From NCBI GenBank assembly GCA_963823025.1, contig CAWGKH010000004.1, positions 9,253 through 73,252 of the forward strand: a DNA stretch of 64,000 nucleotides, read 5' to 3'. Position 1 is the stretch's first letter. Each line of letters starts with the position of its first letter. Below, piece after piece: positions 43,921 to 54,743 of the stretch. The notes beneath the pieces are model-generated. The model did no database searches and was not told the origin of the DNA. It saw nothing but the letters and a program-made list of their open reading frames with translations. A program made the translations under genes and the position numbers. The stretch is from an uncultured Planctomycetota bacterium. GTDB lineage: Bacteria > Planctomycetota > UBA1135 > UBA2386.

Positions 43921-44601
43921 GTGGTCCGGCTCCTCCTGGTCGAAGACGAAGACGCGCTCGCGCGGTCGCTGATCCGCGGCCTGCGCGAGGAGGGCTACGT
44001 CGTCGACCACGCGCGCGACGGCGAGGAGGCGCTCTGGGCCGCGGGCAGCACGTTGCACGACGCGATGATCCTCGACGTCCGCATCCCGAGGCCCGACGGC
44101 CGCGAGGTCTGCCGGCGCCTGCGGCACGACGGTTCCCGTCTGCCGATCCTGATGCTGACCGCCTGCGATGCGAACGAAGACATCGTCGCGGGCCTCGACG
44201 CCGGCGCCGACGACTACGTGACCAAGCCGTTCCAGTTCGCGGTGCTGCTCGCGCGTCTGCGCGCGCTCGTCCGGCGCGGCTCGGCCGGGACCTCGGCGCG
44301 ACTGTCGATCGCCGATCTCGAGCTGGACGTCGCCGCGCGGCGCGCGTGGCGCGGCGGCGAGCCGGTGGACCTCACGGAGATGGAGTTCCGCGTGCTCGAG
44401 CACCTGATGCGCCACGCAGGTCGCGTGCAGACGAAGGCACGCCTGTCCGCCGCGCTCTGGGACGACGAGATCGGGCCGGGCTCCAACGCGCTCGAGGTGC
44501 ACGTCGCGAACCTGCGCCGCAAGATCGACGCGCCGCCCGCGACGCGGCTCCTCCACACGCGCCGCGGCGTCGGCTACGTGCTCGAGTTGGAGGAGAGTTG
44601 A
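43921..44601 (+). CDS. OmpR-family response regulator
   Basis: RLLLVEDED, phospho-acceptor context AMILDVRIP, DYVTKPF, and winged-helix output EFRVLEHLM ... RRGVGYVLE. Confidence 0.9.
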   Translation: MVRLLLVEDEDALARSLIRGLREEGYVVDHARDGEEALWAAGSTLHDAMILDVRIPRPDGREVCRRLRHDGSRLPILMLTACDANEDIVAGLDAGADDYVTKPFQFAVLLARLRALVRRGSAGTSARLSIADLELDVAARRAWRGGEPVDLTEMEFRVLEHLMRHAGRVQTKARLSAALWDDEIGPGSNALEVHVANLRRKIDAPPATRLLHTRRGVGYVLELEES

Positions 44602-46004
44602 GGTCCCTGACGCTGCGGGCCAGCCTGTCGCTGTGGTTCGCCGGGCTCGCGATCGTCGTGCTCGGCGGTGCGTCGGCCGCGCTCTACCTCGGCGTGCGCG
44701 CGTCGTTGTTCGAGGGGCTCGACGCCCAGCTCCGCGCGCGCGCCGAGGGCGTCGCCGCACTGTGTGAATGGGAGGACGACACGATCCAGCTCGAAGGCGT
44801 CGCGGAGTCCGGCATCGATCTGCCGCTGCTCGGACCCGACTACGCGATCGAGATCCGGAGCTGGCCCGGGCAGGAGCTCGTCCGCCGCTACGGACCGGAG
44901 CTGCCGGCTCCGGACGTCGCCGCGAGCGCGGACCGTGAGCCAGGCGCCGTCTTCCGCACCTGTCCGGTGAACGGTGGTGCCGACCGTCGCGTCTGCTCGC
45001 TCCACGCCGCGTTCCCGGCGGCCGTGGCGTCCGAGGAGGAGAGCGCGCATCCGGCGTACGCGGTGGAGGTCCGGGTCGGCACGTCGCTCGCGCCGCTCCA
45101 CGCGCAGCTCGCGCGTATCCGCTGGTCGGTGCTCGCCGTCATCGGCGTCTCGGTCCTGGTCGTGCTCGCGTTCGCGGCCTTCGTGTCGCGGCGCGTCACG
45201 CGGCCGCTCGACGAGCTGGGCCGCGCCGCCGTCGCGGTGCGCGCCGGCGGCGACGCCCCGATGCCGAGTCGTGGGACCGGCGACGAGGTCGACCGGCTCG
45301 CGTCGATCCTGGACGAGGCGTTCGCGGCACTGCGACACGAGATGGATCGCCAGCGTCGGTTCACCGCGGACGCGTCGCACGAGCTCCGCACCCCCGTCTC
45401 GATCGTCCAGAACCACACCGAGGTCGCGCTGCGTCGGGACCGTACACCGGCGGGTACCCGGGAGGCTCTCGCGGAGATCCTCGACACCGCACAGCGGATG
45501 GGTCGCACGCTCGAAGCGCTGTTGACGCTGACGCGACTCGATGCCGGCGCGCGCTCCGAAGGCGAACCGGTCGAGTTGGTCGAGCTCGCGCGCGAGGCCG
45601 CGGCCGGGACGCACGGACGCGACGAGATCACGATCGAGGTCGCGGGCGACGCGGACGCGACGGTCCATGGGGATCGCGACCTGCTCCGTATCCTCCTCGA
45701 CAATTTGATCGCGAACGCCGTGCGCCACGCGCGCTCGGTGGTGACGGTTGCGGTCACAGCGACGGCCGGCGACGAAGTCGAGTTGGTGGTGCGCGACGAC
45801 GGCCCCGGCATGCCGGCCGAGGAGCGCGGGCGCGCGTTCGAGCGGTTCTTCCGCGGCGCCGGCGCCGCCGGGCAGGCCGGTGCCGGGCTCGGCCTCGCGC
45901 TGGTCGAGTCGATCGCGCGGGTCCACGGCGCCGCGTGCGCGCTCGAGGACGCCGCGCCGGGGCTCCGCGTCCGGGTTCGATTCCCGCGGGCCGACGCTGC
46001 ATGA
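44598..46004 (+). CDS. Sensor histidine kinase (periplasmic sensor, HAMP, HisKA, HATPase)
   Basis: Putative TTG start overlapping the response-regulator stop. Two TM helices; H-box FTADASHELRTPVS; LIANAVRHA; DDGPGMP; GAGLGLALV. Confidence 0.85.
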   Translation: MRSLTLRASLSLWFAGLAIVVLGGASAALYLGVRASLFEGLDAQLRARAEGVAALCEWEDDTIQLEGVAESGIDLPLLGPDYAIEIRSWPGQELVRRYGPELPAPDVAASADREPGAVFRTCPVNGGADRRVCSLHAAFPAAVASEEESAHPAYAVEVRVGTSLAPLHAQLARIRWSVLAVIGVSVLVVLAFAAFVSRRVTRPLDELGRAAVAVRAGGDAPMPSRGTGDEVDRLASILDEAFAALRHEMDRQRRFTADASHELRTPVSIVQNHTEVALRRDRTPAGTREALAEILDTAQRMGRTLEALLTLTRLDAGARSEGEPVELVELAREAAAGTHGRDEITIEVAGDADATVHGDRDLLRILLDNLIANAVRHARSVVTVAVTATAGDEVELVVRDDGPGMPAEERGRAFERFFRGAGAAGQAGAGLGLALVESIARVHGAACALEDAAPGLRVRVRFPRADAA

Positions 46005-46038
46005 TCCGGCGCTGCATGTTCGTGCGCACGACACCGCG

Positions 46039-47361
46039 ATGAAGAGTTCGACGTGGATCTCCGGTGTGCTCGTGCTGGTGGCCGGCGTCGCCGGTGGCTG
46101 GGCGCTGCACGGTTTCCTCGGTGGTGTCAGCTCGGACCAGTCCGACGAGCAGAGCGCACCGTCCGTCTCGCCGGCCGACATGGCGGTCACCGTCGCGACC
46201 GCGGACGTGCGGCAAGCGGACTTCCCGGTGCTCGTCGCGGCTCTCGGCATGGTGCAGGCCACGCCGAGCGCGAGCATCGATCTGACCTCGCGCGCCGGCG
46301 GGCGCGTGGCCGAGGTGCCGGTCGTGCAGGGACAGCACGTGAGCAAGGGCGACGTCGTCGTGCGCTTCGACCCGACGCCGTCGGAGGCGACGCTCGCCCA
46401 GGCGCGCGCCGACCTCGCGCGCGCGGAGGCGGCGCTCGCGGCGTTCGATCGCGGCGGACGGGACACCGAGCGAAGGAAGCTCGAGGTCGACCTCGAACGG
46501 GCGCGGACGGGGGCCGACGTCGCGTCGGCCCAGCTCGCGCGCCTGGTGCCGCTGCAGAAGGACGGTCTCGTCGCCGATCGCACCGTCGAGGAGACGCGGC
46601 TCGAGGTCGCACAGCGCGAGCTCGAGCACACCGCCGCCGAGCAGGCGCTCGAGACCTACCGGTCGTCGGGTGCGGATCTCGAGCGCCAGCGCCTGGTCGC
46701 CGAGCGTGCGTCGGCCGCGGCCCGCGTCGCGGATGCGGAGGCGGTGCGCGCGGACGTCGAGGTGAAGGCGCCACTGGACGGTGTCGTCACGACACTGATG
46801 GTGCGGCCCGGTGAGACGACGGACCCGATGCGCGCGCTGGCGCGGCTCCTGGTCAACGAGGATCGGCGCGTGCAGTTCGACGTGCAGCCCCATGACGCGG
46901 CTCGCCTGACGGTCGGCGCCCGTGCGCAGTGGACCGGGCGGGGCGGCATCGAGCGCACGGGCATGGTGGAGTCGATCGGCGCGGTCGTCGACGAGTACTC
47001 GGGGCTCGTGGCGGTGTACGTGCGCGCCGACGACGGCAAGCACGCGCCGCAGCCAGGCCTCGCGGTGAGCGGCAGCCTCGAGGTCGAGCGGCTCAGCGGT
47101 GCGTTGCTCGTGCCGGAGCGGGCGATCATCCGGTCGAACGACCAGCAGGCCGTCGTGGTCGCGAGCGCCGATGGTGTCGCGCACATCGTGCCGGTGACGG
47201 TGCGCACGCGGCACGAGGGCGTCGCCGCGGTCGAGGGTGAGCTGAAGGCCGGCGATCGGGTCATCGTCGACGGTGCCTACAACCTGCCGGAAGGTGCGCA
47301 CGTGGTGCCGGAGTCGAACGGCTCGTCGAGCAGTGCCACGTCCGACGGGAGCGGGCATTGA
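46039..47361 (+). CDS. Efflux RND periplasmic adaptor (membrane fusion protein)
   Basis: N-terminal anchor; lipoyl-like hairpin RVAEVPVVQGQHVSKGDVVVRFD ... VKAPLDGVVTTLMVRPGE; long coiled-coil; beta-barrel tail. Confidence 0.85.
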   Translation: MKSSTWISGVLVLVAGVAGGWALHGFLGGVSSDQSDEQSAPSVSPADMAVTVATADVRQADFPVLVAALGMVQATPSASIDLTSRAGGRVAEVPVVQGQHVSKGDVVVRFDPTPSEATLAQARADLARAEAALAAFDRGGRDTERRKLEVDLERARTGADVASAQLARLVPLQKDGLVADRTVEETRLEVAQRELEHTAAEQALETYRSSGADLERQRLVAERASAAARVADAEAVRADVEVKAPLDGVVTTLMVRPGETTDPMRALARLLVNEDRRVQFDVQPHDAARLTVGARAQWTGRGGIERTGMVESIGAVVDEYSGLVAVYVRADDGKHAPQPGLAVSGSLEVERLSGALLVPERAIIRSNDQQAVVVASADGVAHIVPVTVRTRHEGVAAVEGELKAGDRVIVDGAYNLPEGAHVVPESNGSSSSATSDGSGH

Positions 47362-50300
47362 ACACGCTGCCGTTCCTCCATCGCCACCGACGCGCGCTGT
47401 TCGTGCTGCTCGGCCTCGCGATCGTCGCGGGCATCTACTCGGCGACGACGCTGGCGCGGTCGATCTACCCGCAGGTGTCGTTCCCGCGCATCGTCATCAT
47501 CGCCGAGCGCGGCGAGGCCCCGGTGCGCGGCATGCTGATCGAGGTCACGCGACCGCTCGAGCAGGCGGTGCTCGCGCCCGGGCTCGTGCGCATGCGGTCC
47601 AAGACCGTGCGCGGCGCGTCGGAGTTCTCGCTCGACTTCAGCCCGTCGACGAACATGCTCGAGGCGCTGAGCTACGTGCGTGCGCGGGCGGCGCAGGCGG
47701 GGCTGCCGTCCGACGTCAGCCTCGTCATCGAGCAGCAGACGCCGGCGGTGTTCCCGGTGCTGAGCTTCAACGTCGTGCCGGGCAAGATGGCCGCGAACGA
47801 TCCGGTGGCGCGCGCGCGGCTCGCCGAGTGGGTCAAGATCGAACTGGCGCCACGGCTGGCCCGGCTGCCCGACGCGTTCCGGGTCACGGTGCAGAGCGGC
47901 GACACGCGCGAGTTCGTGTTCGAGACCGACCCCGACGTGCTGGCGAGCGCCGGCATCGACGTCCTCGACGTCGAGAACGCGATTCGCAGCGTGCAGCGGG
48001 TCGAGGCCGTCGGCCGATCCGAGGTCGAAGGACTCCAGTACCAGCTCCTCGTCGATGGCCGATTCGACGATCCGGAGGCCGTGCTGGACGTCGCGGTGCC
48101 GCGCCCAGGCAAGTCCGCGGTGCCGTTGAGTGCGCTCGGACGCGTCGTCGAGACCACTGCGGTCCAGACCATGATCGTGACCGGCGGCCGCATCGACAGC
48201 GTGGTCGTCAGCGTGTTCCTGCGCGACGGCGGCAAGGTGACGACGCTCTCGGACGACGTGTCGCGCGAGCTCGCCGATCTCGCCGGCTCGATCCCGCAGG
48301 GCGGGCACTTCGAGCCGGTCTACGACCAGGCGCACCTCGTCAACGAGTCGATCGCCGGCGTGCGCGACGCGATCGGCATCGGCGCGATCCTGGCAGTCCT
48401 GGTGATGGCGCTGTTCCTCGGCAACTGGCGCATGACGCTGGTCGCGGGGCTCGCGATCCCGATCTCGGTGATCCTCACCGTCGCGTTGTTCCCGGTCGTC
48501 GGCGAGTCGTTGAACCTGATGAGCCTCGGTGGGCTCGCGGTCGCGATCGGCCTGATCATCGACGACTCGATCGTCGTCGTGGAGAACGTGGCGCGGCGAC
48601 TGGCGGCGGAGCGCGAGCGCGGCGCGTTCCACGCGATCGGTGAGGGCACGGCCGAGGTGGTCGGTGCGATCGTCGGCTCGTCGTTGACGACGGTGGTCGT
48701 GTTCCTGCCGCTGGTCCTGCTGGAGGGCGTCGTCGGCCAGTTCTTCCGCAGCCTGGCGCTCGCACTCGGCGTGAGCATCGTCGTGTCGATGTTCGTGTCG
48801 CTGGTGTTCGCGCCGTTGTTCCTGCTGCTGCCGGCGCTGACGCCGCGGCGCGCGATCCGCCCGCGGCGGTTCGTGACGTGGTTGCAGGACGGCTACGAGC
48901 GCGTCGTCGGCGCGGCGTTACGCCACGCGATTCCGGTCGGCCTCGCCCTCGTCGCGCTGGTCCTCGTCGGTGCCGGCGCGCTGCGAGGATTGCCTTCGGG
49001 ATTCCTGCCGGAGATGGACGAGGGCGGCTTCGTGCTCGACTACGCGATGCCGGTCGGGACGAGCCTCCAGGAGACCGATGCGATGTGTCGTCGCGTGGAG
49101 GCGATCCTCCTCGACACGCCCGAGGTCGCAGCGTTGTCGCGCCGGACGGGAGCGGAGCTCGGCTTCTTCGCGACCGAGCAGTTCACCGGCGACATGCTCG
49201 TCGGACTCGAGCCGCGCGGGCAGCGCGACCGCAGCGTGTTCGAGGTGCTCGACGGGCTGCGCGAGCGGTTCTCCCGCGAGGTGCCGCAGATCGAGATCGA
49301 GTTCGTGCAGGTGATGCAGGACACGATCGCCGACCTCGCGGGCAACCCGGCGCCGATCGAGGTCAAGGCGCTCGGCGCCGACTACAAGTCGCTGCAGCAG
49401 TTCGCGAACGCCGTGGCGGCGCGCATCGAGTCCGTGCCCGGCGTCGTCGACATCAAGAACCACGTGTCGTTCGGCAGTCCGGAGCTGACGTGGCGACCCG
49501 ATGCGGGCCGCTGCGTCCGGAGTCGGGCTGTCGACGGAGTCCATCGCCGCACAGGTCGCGGCGCAGCAGCTCGGCGACGTCGCGACGCGCGTGCAGCAGG
49601 GCGAGCTGTTCGTCGATCTGCGTGTGCGATACCCGGAGGCGTGGCGGACCGACGCGATCGTCGGGGGCGAGGGCCCCCCGGTGTTCGTCACGACGGCGAG
49701 CGGCAAGCGCGTGCCGCTGGCGTCGATCGCGACGTTCGAGCGGCGGCTCGCCGAGAACGAGCTCGAGCGCGAGAACCAGGTGCCGATGGTGCGCGTCACG
49801 GCGGGCGTGTCGGGGCGCGACCTCGGCTCGACGAGCCGCGACGTCGCGGCGGCGGTGGCGGGTCTGTCGCGTCCGCCGGGCGTGAGCTTCGAGATCGGCG
49901 GGCAGGCGGCGAGCCAGGCGGCGGCGTTCTCTCGGCTCCTGATCGTGTTCGGGATCGGCACCGGGCTCGTGTTCCTGCTGCTCGTCGTGCAGTTCCGGTC
50001 GTTGCGGCTGCCGGGCGTGCTGTTCCTCGCGTTGCCGTTCGGTCAGGTCGGCGGGCTGCTGGCGCTGAAGCTGTTCGACGTGCCGCTCAACGTCAGCTCC
50101 GGCATGGGGCTGATCATGCTGGTGGGCCTCGTCGTCAAGAACGGAATCATCCTGATCGAGTACGCGCAACAGCTCCGGGCGGACGGCATGGAGGAGATGG
50201 CGGCGGTGGTCGCGGCCGCGCGCGTGCGGTTGCGGCCGATCCTGATGACGACGTTCGCGGCGATCGCGGGGCTCGCACCGCTGGCACTGAACGTCGGTGC

Positions 50301-50448
50301 GGGTGCCGAGCTGCAGCGGCCGCTGGCGATCGCGGTGATCGGCGGGTTGATCGTGTCGACCACGTTCGCGTTGATCGTCGTGCCGATCGGTTGCGCCTTG
50401 TTCGCGCGCGGACACCTGCTGCCGGAGGAGCATGATGCGCGCATGTGA
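47358..50448 (+). CDS. RND efflux permease (CusA/CzcA-like), one frame break near 49500
   Basis: TTG start overlapping the MFP stop. SLNLMSLGGLAVAIGLIIDDSIVVVENV. The last ~315 aa (LSTESIAAQV ... GLIMLVGLVVKNGIILIEYA ... ILMTTFAAIAGLAPLAL) are in another frame. Confidence 0.88.
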
Positions 50449-51723
50449 CGTGGCGATCGCGGGGCTCGTGCTGCTGGTCGCGTGCGGCAGCGTGCACGAG
50501 CCGGTCGTCGCGGCCGGCTGGGTGCCGGCCGAGGCCGCCCGTCCGCTGCACCGCGAGGATTGCGTGCGGCTGGCGGTCGATTTCGCACCGAACGCCGCGA
50601 CGTGGAAGGCGCGGCTGGACGGTGCCGAGGCTCAGCTCTCCCAGGCGTCGAAGCTCCCGAACCCGACGTTCAACATCAACTGGGAGGACTTCGGGCTGCT
50701 CTCGGCGACCGGCTCGCGCGCTGCAGACGACCTACACGCTCGGCTATGCGCTCGCGGATCTGTTCGCGAGGCCGCGGCGCGCGGGAGCCGCGCGCTTCGA
50801 GCGCGACGCGGTGATCGCGGACCTGCTGGCGGAGCGGCGCAACCTCGCGGTCGCGGTGTGCGATGCCTACGACCGGCTCGTCGCGGCGCGGCGCGGTGTC
50901 GCGCTCGCGCAGGAGCTCGCGGCGATCGCCGCGCGCCAGAAGGACGCGGCGCAGCAGCGCGTCGCGGTCGGCGAGGAGGCGCCGTTGGTGCTCGGCCGCG
51001 CGGAGGCCGAGCTCGCCGAGGCCGAGGCGGAGGTCGCGAAGCAGCAGAACGACGCGCGCGCGCAGGAGCTGGCGTTCGCGTTCGCGCTCGGGTTCACGCG
51101 TCCGGTCGAGCTCCAGCTCGCGGACGACCTGGTCGTGGACGATCGGGCTGCCGGTCGACGATCTCGAGGCATTGTTGAAGGCGGCCGCGGCGAGTCGGCC
51201 GGAGATCGCGGCCGCCGAGGCGCGCTATCGCGCGGAGCTCGAGCGCCTTCAGCTCGCGGCGTCCCGGGTGCAGTTCCTGCCGACGATCCTCCCCGCGTAT
51301 CGCTCGCTCGATGGCATGAGCCTCGGCGTCGCGTCGATCGAGTTCCAGGTGCCGTTGTTCGACGCGGGCGGCGCCGAGGTCGCGGCGCGGGACGCGGGGC
51401 TGCTCCTGGCTGCCGCGGAGCTGCAGAAGGTCGCGCACGCGACCGCGCGGGACGTCGCCGCCGCGGCGCAGGGCACGGCCGCGGCGCGTGCGTTCCTCCA
51501 CGATCACGCCGAGCCGGTCGCGGCGAAGCGCACGGCGCTGCGCGCCGGCGCCGAGCGGCTGTTCGAAGCGGGTCAGGTCAACTTCGACGAGCTGCTGACC
51601 ACGCGCCGCGACGAGGTCCGCGCGCGTCAGGCGCTGCTCGACGCCGCACTGGCCCTCTCCGAAGCGGGTTGGCCGCTGCGCGTCGACACGGTGCTGGAGA
51701 AGGTCGAGCCGAGCGGCGACTGA
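50432..51723 (+). CDS. TolC-family outer-membrane efflux lipoprotein, about 2 frame breaks (near 50715 and 51150)
   Basis: Lipobox LLVACGS, then OEP-repeat coiled segments spread over three frames (AQLSQASKLPNPTF; RNLAVAVCDAYDRLVAARR; EIAAAEARYRAELERLQLA ... FDELLTTRRDEVRARQALLDA). Confidence 0.75.
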
Positions 51724-51734
51724 CTCGGCGCGAA

Positions 51735-52394
51735 TTGGGGCGGCGGATCCGAATTGCCCGTCACCGAAGCGGCGGATTCGACACAGGGTCGTTGCGGAGC
51801 ACGGAGCTCGTGGATCTGTTCGACCTGGACGACACGACGCGGCCGGTGCTGGCGCCGTTGCTGCCGCGGCTGCGGTTCCTCCTGGACGGCTTGTCGGCGG
51901 CGACGCCGGCGCAGCTCGCGGCACGGACGCTGACGGCACTCGGGCGGCTGGCGTTCGGGTGCATGCAGCGGATGCGGCAAGGTCACGACGCCCGGACCGA
52001 GCTGCGCCGCTTGCGCGGGGCGTTCGATGCGGCGCGGCGCGCGCCGGACACCGGCGAGGCCCTGTCCGCGGCGCTAAGCCACATCGCGCGGGTCATGGAC
52101 GTGCCGCACGCAGAGCTGCGGCGCATCATTCGTGTCGAGCTGGGACCCGAGATGGAGGCTGCGATGACGTCGACCTACGACCAGTTGCTGAACGAGGGCC
52201 GCGAGCGGGGTCGCGAGGAGGGCCGGTTCGAAGCGTCGGTCGCCATCCTCCGACAGATGCTGACGAAGCGGTTCGGCGCGCTCTCCGACGCGGTCGGGGC
52301 GCGTATCGCGCGCGCCGATGCAGCGCGGCTCGAGCGCTGGACACTCCGCGTGCTCGATGCGGAGGGCATCGAGCAGGTGTTCGCGGACGAGTGA
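51735..52394 (+). CDS. Rpn-family (YhgA-like putative transposase / PD-(D/E)XK nuclease) C-terminal fragment with DUF4351
   Basis: TYDQLLNEGRERGREEGRFEASVAILRQMLTKRFGALSDAVGARIARADAARLERWTLRVLDAEGIEQVF is a DUF4351-type tail. The ~150-aa N-terminal nuclease core is absent. Start undefined (no ATG before ~51963). Confidence 0.5.
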   Translation: MGRRIRIARHRSGGFDTGSLRSTELVDLFDLDDTTRPVLAPLLPRLRFLLDGLSAATPAQLAARTLTALGRLAFGCMQRMRQGHDARTELRRLRGAFDAARRAPDTGEALSAALSHIARVMDVPHAELRRIIRVELGPEMEAAMTSTYDQLLNEGRERGREEGRFEASVAILRQMLTKRFGALSDAVGARIARADAARLERWTLRVLDAEGIEQVFADE

Positions 52395-52427
52395 GGTACC
52401 AGGCTCGCGGGTCGTGGGCGCGCCGCG

Positions 52428-54653
52428 TCAGCGGATCCGCACCTCGATGCCGTTCGAGCTGAGCAGCCCGAGGGGCGTCGGGCCCGACGTGATCGCCTGG
52501 CAGAAGATCGAGCCACTCAGCGGGGCCGGAAGCGGGAACGGGAAGTGGTAGGTGTGCACGCCGCTGCCCATCAGGATCCCGGAGTCGGGGAACACGCCGA
52601 GCAACGCGCTGGGCGACAGGCCGACGGCGAGCGTGCACGTGCCCATCCCGATGAAGTTCAACGGCACGCTGCCGGGCGCGAGCGAGATCGCGACCATCAG
52701 GATGCTCGTCGGTGCGGACGTGATGTCGAACCCGAAGAACTCGTTCCCGGCCCACGCATAGTCGGACTGGGCGAGTGTCGGACCGCAGGACGTGCCGTAG
52801 GACAAGGCCGGCAGGATCTGGGGGCTGACGAGGAATCGGCCGTAGACCGTGTCCGAAGCGCCGCTCGTCCCGTAGCCGATGACCGCGTCGTGGAGCGGTA
52901 CATCGGTGATTCCGCTCGCATACGCCGAGCCGACGCCGCCGTCGTTGACGTAGGCGGTTTCGGCGATCGACAGCTCGTAGCCGACGCGGAGTGCATTGAG
53001 GTAGCCGAACTGGTCGCGCACGAGGACGTTCCAGTGGCTCCGGTGCTGCTCGTCGTAGCTGATGCCGTCGACGCCGACTCCGCCGAGCAGGCCTCCGCCC
53101 GACGACCGCAGGGTCCGCAGGTCGACGTAGTTCGCGTAGCCCCCGAAGTCGGGCCAGTCGATGCGTTGGGCCTCGATGCGTGAGCCGAAGGTGCCGGTCG
53201 GCCGCGAGCCGCCGTTGCTGCTCGCGACGAACGCGATCAGGTAGCGTCCGTCGTTGCCGCCGATCTTCGGCGCGAAGCTGTGGTCGTTGGTCGTCGAGCG
53301 ACCGAACTCGAGGCTCGGGACCGCCGTGCCGTTGGGTCGGAACTGCGTGCCGTGGATCTCGAGATCGTCGCCGGCGACGTTGCCATACTCCTGCCAGACG
53401 ACGAACCACGGCGCGGTGCCGCCGAGCGAGGTCTGGTTGATCGCGGGCCGCTCGGCGTCGACGCCGTTCGGCGACAGCGCGGCGGGCGGCCCTTGCCAGA
53501 CCACAGCCGACGAGTCGAACCGCATCGCGTAGACGCGGGTGTTCTGCGGCGTCGACGTGTATTCGACCTCGTAGGCGATGGCCGCGTAGTTGCCGGGGTT
53601 CTGCGCGTAGGTTCCGCCGACGGCGGGGTGGCGTTCGACGGTGCTCGAGGCGGGTGCACGTGACAGGACCATCGACGTCACCGAGCGGCTGCGCGCCGGG
53701 ATGACCGCCACCGTGATGCTCGTGTAGGTGCTGCCGACGAGCGTGCGCTCGAACGCCGCTACGAACCGCCGTGTCGCGCCGACGAACGCGCAGCTCGGGT
53801 TGCTGGTGTCGACGGTTGCCAGCAGGTCGGTGTAGACCGTGTAGCTGGTGCTGAAGTCGTCCGGCGCGATGCGAGCGTAGATGTCCTGATCGCTGGTCGT
53901 CACTGCGCGCGCGTACACGAACAGCAGCTCGTTGTTGATGTCGTCGTGCGCGACGGCCGTGGCGAGGACCGGGCTCACGCCCGACGCGACGGCGTGCGCC
54001 GCGAGAAGGGGGTCGACGGTCACCGGCAGCTCGGCTCCGGCGAGCCAGGCGCCGTCGACGCGGAGCTCGACGGTGTCGCCGGAGACCGCGGTCGTCACCG
54101 TGGTCTCGCGACCCGCGGCGTCGACTGCGATCGCCTCGCCGTAATGGGCGATCGTCCGGCCGTTCGCGTCCATGAGCTCGAGCCGGTCGTGACGCGGGCT
54201 CCGGGGCTTCGCGTGGAGCGCGCCGGTGAGCTCGCCGCGGATCACGAGGTCGCCGGCGGCGGGGAGCGCGCGGATCAGGAAGCTCTGCTCGAGGCCGTCG
54301 GCGCGGACGTCGTAGCTTTCGCACCAGGACCCGCGGTCGTAATCGAGCCGCCAGTCGTCGTGGCGGGTCGCCGTCGACTCGATGGGCAACGGCTCGCCGT
54401 CCGCGGTGACGGCCGTGGTCCGCCAGCCCACGGGCAGGTGCTCGGGCGCGTCCGCTCCGAGCACCGGATAGAACATCGGGCCGTCGACGCCGAAGTCGAC
54501 CTTGTACGCGTCGCGCGACGCCCACAGCGAGCCGTCTTCGTCGGCGGCGTGGATCGGCGCGTCGAACGCCCCCTGCAGCGGCACGGACTGCGCCGCGAGC
54601 GGCGCAGCGAAAACGGTCAGGATCGGCAGCAACAGCGATTGCATCGGTTCCAT
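52428..54653 (-). CDS. Large secreted protein of unknown function carrying the shared C-terminal module
   Basis: MEPMQSLLLPILTVFAAPLAAQS signal (alternative ATG at 54644; the ORF opens at 54710). C-terminal FIGMGTCTLAV ... FPFPLPAPLSGSIFCQA ... LLSSNGIEVRIR. Confidence 0.7.
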   Translation of the reverse strand: MEPMQSLLLPILTVFAAPLAAQSVPLQGAFDAPIHAADEDGSLWASRDAYKVDFGVDGPMFYPVLGADAPEHLPVGWRTTAVTADGEPLPIESTATRHDDWRLDYDRGSWCESYDVRADGLEQSFLIRALPAAGDLVIRGELTGALHAKPRSPRHDRLELMDANGRTIAHYGEAIAVDAAGRETTVTTAVSGDTVELRVDGAWLAGAELPVTVDPLLAAHAVASGVSPVLATAVAHDDINNELLFVYARAVTTSDQDIYARIAPDDFSTSYTVYTDLLATVDTSNPSCAFVGATRRFVAAFERTLVGSTYTSITVAVIPARSRSVTSMVLSRAPASSTVERHPAVGGTYAQNPGNYAAIAYEVEYTSTPQNTRVYAMRFDSSAVVWQGPPAALSPNGVDAERPAINQTSLGGTAPWFVVWQEYGNVAGDDLEIHGTQFRPNGTAVPSLEFGRSTTNDHSFAPKIGGNDGRYLIAFVASSNGGSRPTGTFGSRIEAQRIDWPDFGGYANYVDLRTLRSSGGGLLGGVGVDGISYDEQHRSHWNVLVRDQFGYLNALRVGYELSIAETAYVNDGGVGSAYASGITDVPLHDAVIGYGTSGASDTVYGRFLVSPQILPALSYGTSCGPTLAQSDYAWAGNEFFGFDITSAPTSILMVAISLAPGSVPLNFIGMGTCTLAVGLSPSALLGVFPDSGILMGSGVHTYHFPFPLPAPLSGSIFCQAITSGPTPLGLLSSNGIEVRIR

Positions 54654-54690
54654 GCGGAGTGGAATGCCGATCGCCAGCCAGCCGAACGCG

Positions 54691-54734
54691 GGAATCGCGA
54701 AGGGCAGCAAACCACGCCGGGTGTGGTTGTCTGC
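54691..54734 (+). repeat. Palindromic intergenic element, copy A
   Basis: GGAATCGCGAAGGGCAGCAAACCACGCCGGGTGTGGTTGTCTGC. It shares both the core and the left flank with copy C at 58076-58122. Confidence 0.6.
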
Positions 54735-54743
54735 CCCTCGCGT

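Noticed and set aside
45961-45990. tRNA T-arm-like string GTCCGGGTTCGATTCCCGCGGG
   Set aside because: It lies inside the well-supported histidine-kinase ORF (GLRVRVRFPR). The stem does not pair fully, and no acceptor, D or anticodon arms can be drawn around it.
51724-52394. Intact mobile element, IS or prophage boundary
   Set aside because: Only a C-terminal Rpn-family fragment is present. I could see no inverted repeats, integrase, transposase core or target-site duplication, so it is reported as a remnant, not a mobile element.
54654-54710. Upstream extension of the 760-aa ORF (MLPFAIPAFGWLAIGIPLR...)
   Set aside because: The extension overlaps the intergenic palindromic element and precedes a canonical signal peptide that starts at the internal Met (54653 or 54644). 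The shorter gene model is preferred.
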